Origin: Lentimonas sp.
GTDB taxonomy: Bacteria; Bacteroidota; Bacteroidia; Flavobacteriales_D; Crocinitomicaceae
NCBI GenBank assembly: GCA_047637535.1
Contig: JBLIKY010000001.1
Coordinates: 1 to 40,863 of the forward strand
DNA: 40,863 nt
Reading direction: 5' to 3'
The notes below the pieces were generated by a model that saw only the letters and a program-made list of their open reading frames with translations, was not told the DNA's origin and did not search any database. Positions 34,770 through 40,863 of this stretch are shown here, piece after piece (the stretch's first letter is position 1; the number at the start of each line of letters is the position of its first letter). Position numbers and translations under genes: made by a program.

Positions 34770-36944
34770 ATGACCGATACAAATCTTAAAGCTTCATTAC
34801 GTAAGTTTTTTGGTTTTGATAGTTTCAAAGGAAGTCAACAGAGTATAATCACAAATGTCTTAGCAAGAAAAAACACATTTGTCATTATGCCTACTGGAGG
34901 CGGAAAATCGTTATGCTATCAACTCCCAGCTTTAATCTCAGAAGGAACGGCGGTAATCGTATCCCCTCTCATTGCATTAATGAAGAATCAGGTTGATGCC
35001 ATTCGGAATGTGAGTGACGAAGAAAGCATAGCTCATGTTTTAAATTCATCTTTATCTAAAGGAGATATCACTCGAGTGAAGCAGGATATTACGGACGGTA
35101 AAACGAAACTTCTTTACGTTGCTCCCGAATCATTAACGAAACCAGAAAACATTGCTTTTTTAACTTCAGTAAACGTTTCTTTCTTTGCCATTGATGAAGC
35201 TCACTGTATTTCTGAATGGGGACACGATTTCAGACCCGAATACAGAAGACTGAGGGAGATTTTTGAGAAAATATCTGATGTTCCCATAATCGCATTGACC
35301 GCTACGGCAACCCCAAAAGTGCAATACGATATACAGAAGAATTTAAATATGTTGGACGCTAAGGTGTTCAAATCCTCATTTAACCGCGACAACTTATACT
35401 ACGACATTCGTCCAAAAAGGGAAGTCCAAAAAGAAATCATCAAGTACATCAAGACCAAAGAAGGCAAAAGCGGTATCATATACTGTCTAAGTAGAAAGAA
35501 AGTAGAAGAAATCGCCGAATTATTGCAAGTAAACGGAATCTCTGCTCTCCCCTATCACGCTGGTTTAGATGCGACATCAAGAGCCAGGCATCAAGACATG
35601 TTTTTGATGGAAGATGTTGACGTAATTGTCGCTACCATCGCTTTTGGAATGGGAATTGACAAACCAGATGTTAGATTTGTTATCCACCACGATATTCCAA
35701 AATCAATTGAAAGTTATTACCAAGAAACCGGACGAGCTGGAAGAGATGGTGGTGAAGGAGAATGTGTCGCGTTTTACAGCTACAAGGACATTGAGAAACT
35801 TGAAAAATTCTTACAAGGAAAACCAGTTGCCGAATTAGAAGTTGGGCGTCAATTGTTGCACGAGATTGTTTCCTATGCCGAAACTTCGGTTTGTCGACGT
35901 AAATTTATTTTGCATTATTTCGGAGAAGTTTTTGACGAGAAAAAATGCGATAAAGGCTGTGACAACTGTAAACATCCTAAAGAAAAAACAGAAGGAAAAG
36001 ACGACGTTTTGGGCTTACTAGAGTCTGTTGTACAGCTTGAAGAAATGCAAAAAGCCAAACACCTTTGTGCCTTTTTATCAGGCCATTTAACCAATGACAT
36101 TAAAAACTACAGGCACGACACGCTAAAACATTTTGGTCGAGGTAAAGACAGGGATGAAAACTACTGGAATGCTGTTATACGACAAGCTTTGGTCGCTGGA
36201 TTGTTATCCAAGGACATTGAAAGTTATGGTATTATTAAGTTGACCGAACTAGGGCAAACTTTCTTAAAACAACCGAAATCCTTTATGATCATTAAAGAAA
36301 ATGATTATTCTGGTGAAGCAGAAGATCTTAGTGCCGCGAACAAAGGCGGAGTTTATGACGAATTGCTTTACAGCCAATTAATCGATTTAAGAAAATCCAT
36401 TTCTAAGAAAAACAATTTACCTCCATTCGTAGTTTTTCAAGAGCCATCTCTAAAGGACATGTGTTTTCAATATCCAATTACTTTGGAAGAATTGATAAAC
36501 ATACAAGGAGTCGGCCAAGGGAAAGCCAGGCGGTATGGAAAACCATTTGTCGAACTGATCAACAATTACGTTATCCAAAATGAAATTGACAGACCTCAAG
36601 ATGTTGTCGTTAAGTCTTTGGTTAATAAATCAGGGTTAAAAGTTCAGCTCATCCAAAACATCGACCGTAAATTACCACTAGAAGATATTGGCAAGTCACA
36701 AGGGAAATCTCTGGTAGAAGTGATTGACGAAATTGAAGCCATCGTTTCATCAGGGACACGTGTTAATATCAACTATTACATAGATGACATTCTGGATTCA
36801 GACAATCAAGAGGAAATTTTTGAATACTTCATTGAGGCCGATACAGATGCTTTGCAGGATGCCTATAAAGAATTCGATGGAGATTACTCTGAAGAAGAAT
36901 TGAGATTGGTGAGAATTAAATTCATGAACGAATACGCCAATTAA
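34770..36944 (+). CDS. recQ: ATP-dependent DNA helicase RecQ
   Basis: 724 aa. Helicase motifs MPTGGGKSLCYQLPA, DEAHCISEWGHDFRPEY and TIAFGMGIDKPDVRFVIH, a Zn-binding Cys cluster, and RQC and HRDC regions. Confidence 0.95.
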   Translation: MTDTNLKASLRKFFGFDSFKGSQQSIITNVLARKNTFVIMPTGGGKSLCYQLPALISEGTAVIVSPLIALMKNQVDAIRNVSDEESIAHVLNSSLSKGDITRVKQDITDGKTKLLYVAPESLTKPENIAFLTSVNVSFFAIDEAHCISEWGHDFRPEYRRLREIFEKISDVPIIALTATATPKVQYDIQKNLNMLDAKVFKSSFNRDNLYYDIRPKREVQKEIIKYIKTKEGKSGIIYCLSRKKVEEIAELLQVNGISALPYHAGLDATSRARHQDMFLMEDVDVIVATIAFGMGIDKPDVRFVIHHDIPKSIESYYQETGRAGRDGGEGECVAFYSYKDIEKLEKFLQGKPVAELEVGRQLLHEIVSYAETSVCRRKFILHYFGEVFDEKKCDKGCDNCKHPKEKTEGKDDVLGLLESVVQLEEMQKAKHLCAFLSGHLTNDIKNYRHDTLKHFGRGKDRDENYWNAVIRQALVAGLLSKDIESYGIIKLTELGQTFLKQPKSFMIIKENDYSGEAEDLSAANKGGVYDELLYSQLIDLRKSISKKNNLPPFVVFQEPSLKDMCFQYPITLEELINIQGVGQGKARRYGKPFVELINNYVIQNEIDRPQDVVVKSLVNKSGLKVQLIQNIDRKLPLEDIGKSQGKSLVEVIDEIEAIVSSGTRVNINYYIDDILDSDNQEEIFEYFIEADTDALQDAYKEFDGDYSEEELRLVRIKFMNEYAN

Positions 36945-37357
36945 TTCCTTTTTAAACTAAGAACGGAAGTAAGATCTTGCATAAATCTGGCCCTAAATAC
37001 CAAATGATTTTTGGAAGAATGGGTGATTTCACCTAAGACAGTATCTGCACTCATCTCAAAGACTATTCTTTTGTCATTGTCTATTCTATAGCAACCCGAA
37101 AATTGTTGGCTAATTGTGTCTTCCTTAGAAATGCAGTTGAAATTTATTCCAAAATAACATGGGTCTGGCTTTTTATTATAAGCTTGAAAATAGGTTTCGC
37201 CTTCTACGACCTCATACTGTTTTATTGAAGAGTCGTGAATAAATTCATGATATTCATTAAGCGTCCACAAGCCCTCAATTTTATTTTGCTGTTGCTTGAC
37301 CTTGTCGCAACTCAGCAAAAGACTAATGAAAATCAACCAATAGCACCCTTTCATCAT
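36941..37357 (-). CDS. Hypothetical lipoprotein
   Basis: 138 aa. Lipobox LLSC. Its start overlaps the stop of the M20 gene (ATGA). Confidence 0.65.
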   Translation of the reverse strand: MMKGCYWLIFISLLLSCDKVKQQQNKIEGLWTLNEYHEFIHDSSIKQYEVVEGETYFQAYNKKPDPCYFGINFNCISKEDTISQQFSGCYRIDNDKRIVFEMSADTVLGEITHSSKNHLVFRARFMQDLTSVLSLKRN

Positions 37358-38529
37358 ATCAATGCCGTTGTAGCAAGTACCTCCATGCCGGTTTTCAACG
37401 AATTGGGGTCTATATCAAACTTTGGGTGATGCACGCCATGAACTATCCCTTTACCTTCGTTTCTTACCCCCAATCGGAAAAAACAAGCCGGAACGTGGTG
37501 TGTATAGAATGAAAAGTCTTCTGCAGTAAGTCGAATGTCGAGTTCTTCAACCTTTTCTTTCCCCAATTGATCTTCTGCTTTTATTTTTAGGTTTTCAGTA
37601 GTTTCTTCATCGTTCTTTAAGAAAGGATATCCTCTAACAATATTCAATTCGGCTTCTGCTCCGTATTTAAGAGCAGTGCTTTTAATGAAATTCTGTATAA
37701 AGCTCAAGGCTTCTTCCCTCCATTCTTCATCCATGGTTCTGAAAGTTCCCTTTATGATTGCCTCGTCTGGAATTACATTTGTAGCTCCTAATGCTTCAAA
37801 ATGTCCGAAACTAAGTACTGTTGGTATTCTTGGATTTCCTTTTTTAATAAGACTAGATGGCAATGAGCGAACAATTTCGGCCCCCACTAATATCGGATCT
37901 ATGCAGTTATGAGGCAAGGCAGCATGTCCGCCTTTTCCTTTTATTTTTAAATGAATCTCATCACAAGAAGCCATATAAAGACCTTTTCTAAACCCAACTT
38001 TACCCGCTTCCATTTCAGGATAAACATGCAAGGCATAAATTTGGCTCAACGGAACTTCTTTTAAAACACCTTCTTTAATTAAAAGGGATGCTCCGCCTGG
38101 TGCTTTTTCTTCTCCAGGCTGAAAAATTAACTGAACGGGTCTTTTTAGATCCGCTTCATTCAACTTTAGCACTTTGGCCACACCAAGTAGGATACTTGTA
38201 TGTACGTCGTGTCCACAAGCATGCATAACGCCATCCACTTTTGATTTGTAATCGACAGCGTTTTGTTCTTGAATAGGCAAGGCATCCAAATCGGCCCTTA
38301 AAGCGATGTGCGTATCTTTTTCCGTAAAACGACCACGAATAAATCCAATTACTCCTGTACCCGCAACTCCTTTTTTGTGAGGAATATCAAGGTCAGTAAG
38401 AACTTTTGAAACGTATTCCATGGTTTCAAATTCTTCAAAAGAAAGTTCAGGATGCTTATGCAGATGCACTCTATGTGCAAGAACTTCTTCAAAAATTGAA
38501 TTGACGGTATTTTTAATTTGATTTTTCAT
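37354..38529 (-). CDS. M20D-family amidohydrolase (N-acyl-L-amino-acid amidohydrolase/hippurate hydrolase-like)
   Basis: 391 aa. HKHPELSFEEFET, MHACGHDVH and FQPGEE motifs typical of M20 peptidase/amidohydrolases. Confidence 0.88.
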   Translation of the reverse strand: MKNQIKNTVNSIFEEVLAHRVHLHKHPELSFEEFETMEYVSKVLTDLDIPHKKGVAGTGVIGFIRGRFTEKDTHIALRADLDALPIQEQNAVDYKSKVDGVMHACGHDVHTSILLGVAKVLKLNEADLKRPVQLIFQPGEEKAPGGASLLIKEGVLKEVPLSQIYALHVYPEMEAGKVGFRKGLYMASCDEIHLKIKGKGGHAALPHNCIDPILVGAEIVRSLPSSLIKKGNPRIPTVLSFGHFEALGATNVIPDEAIIKGTFRTMDEEWREEALSFIQNFIKSTALKYGAEAELNIVRGYPFLKNDEETTENLKIKAEDQLGKEKVEELDIRLTAEDFSFYTHHVPACFFRLGVRNEGKGIVHGVHHPKFDIDPNSLKTGMEVLATTALI

Positions 38530-38933
38530 TTTTCATTCATCACACCGGTTATACCAGAGAACAATAATTTAAAGGAAATCAGAACCATAATCACTCCGAA
38601 GATTAATTTAACTACTTGCGGAGAGAGCTTGATAGCCCATTTACTTCCAAAGTAGCTTCCTATTACGAAAGTGATGGCAATTACAGTTCCGAAGCCCCAG
38701 TTTATATGTCCGGCTTTCCAGTAATTAAAAACGGCTAAAAAGCCAATCGGCAATAGCAAGATAAAGAGACTTGTTCCTTGAGCTTCATGTTGGCCTAAAT
38801 TCAACAAATAAACAAGAGCCGGAACAATGATTATTCCACCCCCTACTCCAACAAATCCACTTAATACTCCTGCAGCTACACCCACTAAGGTAAGAAGCAA
38901 TATTGTTTCTATCGTCATATTTTTAAATATCAT
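38526..38933 (-). CDS. Half-size (about 4-TM) TauE/SafE (TSUP) family membrane transporter
   Basis: 135 aa. GVAAGVLSGFVGVGGGIIIVPAL is the TSUP signature, and only about four TM segments are present. An alternative start at ATG 38918 would remove the 11-nt overlap with the upstream gene. Confidence 0.75.
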   Translation of the reverse strand: MIFKNMTIETILLLTLVGVAAGVLSGFVGVGGGIIIVPALVYLLNLGQHEAQGTSLFILLLPIGFLAVFNYWKAGHINWGFGTVIAITFVIGSYFGSKWAIKLSPQVVKLIFGVIMVLISFKLLFSGITGVMNEK

Positions 38934-40863
38934 GTGTCATTGAAATAAATAAATTGGGAGATTTTAATATTTGTCCATTCTCGATTCCCCAACCTAAATC
39001 AAGTCTTACAAAATAACCAAATATTTTGCTTCTTACACCAAAGCCCGATGCAGCAATAATTGGTTCACGGCCATTTATAATCTTAATTAATGCCGGTTTA
39101 TTCTTTATTAACTGGACATTAAAATAATTATCGACACTAAAAGGATGTTTCCCTGTCCATGCACTTCCTAAATCAAAAAAACCAACCAATTGAAAGGAAC
39201 GCAAAGGTTCATTTTTTATCGGATTCCTCGAAAGCATAGAAAACAAAGGAAGTCTCAGCTCAGAATTAAAGACGGCAAAACTGTTTCCATTGCGTTGATT
39301 CTGTATAAACCCTCTCATCGGAGTTGCTAAAGTTTGAAAGGCGAATTTTCCATTTGGATCCACTTCTATTTCACGGTTATAACTTTCCAAAGGTCGAAGC
39401 GCCCAATTGTCGACTCCGCCCATGTAATAAAGCAGGCGCGTACCTCCCAACGAAGTAGCCGTTGCAAAGCGATTGACCCAAATGGCTTTTTTAAACAATT
39501 CTATTGAGTGTCTAAAATCTAAGCCCAGGTTAATCATACCTATTGATTTACTCTCTACATCTTGAAGAAACTCTGCGAAAATTTTGAATTTTGTTCCCGA
39601 CCAAATATTCTCATTGTACATTCTTGAATTATCAAAAACCAATGCTGTTTTTGCTCCGCCTTGGTAATTGTATCGAGTAGGTGTCAAAAGAGCTGTTTCG
39701 TTTAACGCAAGAGCATGAGAAAAATCTATTCTAGAGGTTAAACTCGACCTGAGGGACCAAACTTCAGAAAATGGATAAGTCGTATTGAACTGTAATTCAT
39801 GGGTAATTACTTTATCTACACCCTTTTTAATTTGATTTTCGTATGACCTTCTGTAATACAGAAACTGTTTGTCGAGTCTTTTTCTACGCATGTCAAAACT
39901 CGTATAGAATTCACTCGAATTTCGAGAAGTTGGAATTCGCATGCCACCAGTAAAGACAAAGTCTTCCATCACATCACTAAAACTGATGGTTAACAATCCC
40001 GAAATTGAAGGATTGAGGTAAACCGATCCGGGACCCGTATATCTTTGATAACTCTGATTGAAGAAACTGTTTTCGATTTTTGCAGAAATAAAATCCTTGG
40101 CGTAATTGACCTTGTATTTATCCTTTCTTGGGCGTTCATAAAGAAAACGTTCGTTTTTCAGATTATTCTGATTTAAGAACTCTTCTTCATTTTGAAAAAG
40201 AACCAACACTTCTCTTTCATAAGTGCTATCCTTTGAAGTGAAGACTTGGGAGGGCCTAGAGTTTTCAACTTCTTTTATTACTTCTTCGGGTATTGAATCA
40301 TTACCTCTAGGACCAGAGATAAGCTCTTTCTTACGCTGAAAATAGCTATTTGTCAAAGGGGCCAAATTGTAATTTAATTTAATATCCTTTAAACTTTCTA
40401 CGTTATTTTGTCTATAGTTTAGTAATACCGAATTGTCTCCCGAAATAATAAATTTGTCGATGGAAGTATTGAAATTAGTCGTGGGTAATTTCGATTCCAA
40501 ATAGCGATAATGAACGATGGTATCTATGAAAGAGACCGTGCTATCAATTTTCAATGCATGGAGGTTCCATACTCCATTTTCATCGGAAAGAAATAAATAT
40601 TCCTTGTTGCCCAATGCTTTTGGACTAAGTTCATTATACAAAGGACTTGAGGTCACTTGTTCAAGGCTCCTACGAGACTTTTTAATGTCCTTCACTTTTG
40701 CTGAATAAAGGTCAAAAGTGGTTTTTTTAGGCAGACTTATCGTTTCTGTCTTTATATCTCCATTCTTTCGATTGGAAGAAAACAAAATTTCTTTGTCGTC
40801 ATTAAACCAAATCGGGTCCTTGTCGTCCCAATAATCATCCGTTACATTTTGTAAGGAATTCCC
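38923..40863 (-). CDS. PD40/TolB-like repeat + Omp85-like C-terminal barrel protein, 5' partial
   Basis: The reading frame stays open upstream of the track's TTG start at 40785, all the way to the window edge (GNSLQNVTDDYWDDKDPIWFNDDKEILFSSNR...). PD40-like FSSNR/FLSDENG motifs are present. The C-terminus resembles bacterial surface antigen barrels (YYMGGVDNWALRP..MRGF..FNSELRLPL..GFFDLGSAW..GFGVRS). Confidence 0.75.
   Translation of the reverse strand, partial: GNSLQNVTDDYWDDKDPIWFNDDKEILFSSNRKNGDIKTETISLPKKTTFDLYSAKVKDIKKSRRSLEQVTSSPLYNELSPKALGNKEYLFLSDENGVWNLHALKIDSTVSFIDTIVHYRYLESKLPTTNFNTSIDKFIISGDNSVLLNYRQNNVESLKDIKLNYNLAPLTNSYFQRKKELISGPRGNDSIPEEVIKEVENSRPSQVFTSKDSTYEREVLVLFQNEEEFLNQNNLKNERFLYERPRKDKYKVNYAKDFISAKIENSFFNQSYQRYTGPGSVYLNPSISGLLTISFSDVMEDFVFTGGMRIPTSRNSSEFYTSFDMRRKRLDKQFLYYRRSYENQIKKGVDKVITHELQFNTTYPFSEVWSLRSSLTSRIDFSHALALNETALLTPTRYNYQGGAKTALVFDNSRMYNENIWSGTKFKIFAEFLQDVESKSIGMINLGLDFRHSIELFKKAIWVNRFATATSLGGTRLLYYMGGVDNWALRPLESYNREIEVDPNGKFAFQTLATPMRGFIQNQRNGNSFAVFNSELRLPLFSMLSRNPIKNEPLRSFQLVGFFDLGSAWTGKHPFSVDNYFNVQLIKNKPALIKIINGREPIIAASGFGVRSKIFGYFVRLDLGWGIENGQILKSPNLFISMTHDI

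Noticed and set aside
1-40863. Mobile genetic element, prophage or genomic island boundaries (integrase, transposase, tRNA attachment site, long direct repeats)
   Set aside because: I saw no integrase-, transposase-, recombinase- or phage-like translation in any frame of the supplied track, no tRNA-like sequence in the intergenic regions, and no long flanking direct repeats. The only dispersed repeat is the 75-nt palindromic element.

Overview
An AT-rich, densely packed chromosomal segment that looks like Bacteroidota, probably Flavobacteriia-like. Support for that placement: a T9SS C-terminal sorting domain, a GWxTD protein, a DUF5686-type barrel, an rpsL-rpsG-fusA-rpsJ operon with no tuf, and TAnnTTTG -7 boxes upstream of many genes. 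Most of the window is core housekeeping and envelope biogenesis: the str operon (1-3110), pdhB, etfBA, a BFN/UVR nuclease, an NfeD-flotillin pair, manC, a SprT-like protein, mlaEF, an Omp85-rmuC-GWxTD chain, lptB, a DUF5686 barrel, tatC, recQ, an M20 amidohydrolase, and a 5'-truncated PD40/Omp85 gene at the right edge. I found no rRNA, tRNA, CRISPR array, transposase, integrase, prophage or recognisable defence or toxin-antitoxin module. I cannot honestly name a clearly novel system. The least ordinary content, in order: (1) a GC-rich, roughly 75-nt palindromic REP/MITE-like element at two intergenic loci (14103-14376 and 19337-19507), which also generates several spurious ORFs in the supplied track; (2) a likely surface-glycan modification cluster next to the str operon, made of two diverged tail-to-tail paralogous GT-C-like polytopic membrane proteins plus a translationally coupled MBOAT/DltD-like pair (3420-9471); (3) a barrel-less CarboxypepD_reg+Plug protein; (4) a 44-aa lipoprotein gene missing from the ORF track; (5) a 464-nt non-coding stretch upstream of the NfeD-flotillin operon; and (6) very tight gene packing, including three convergent gene pairs whose stop codons overlap on the same TTAA tetranucleotide. 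All functional calls come from reading motifs in the translations by eye. No database search was run.
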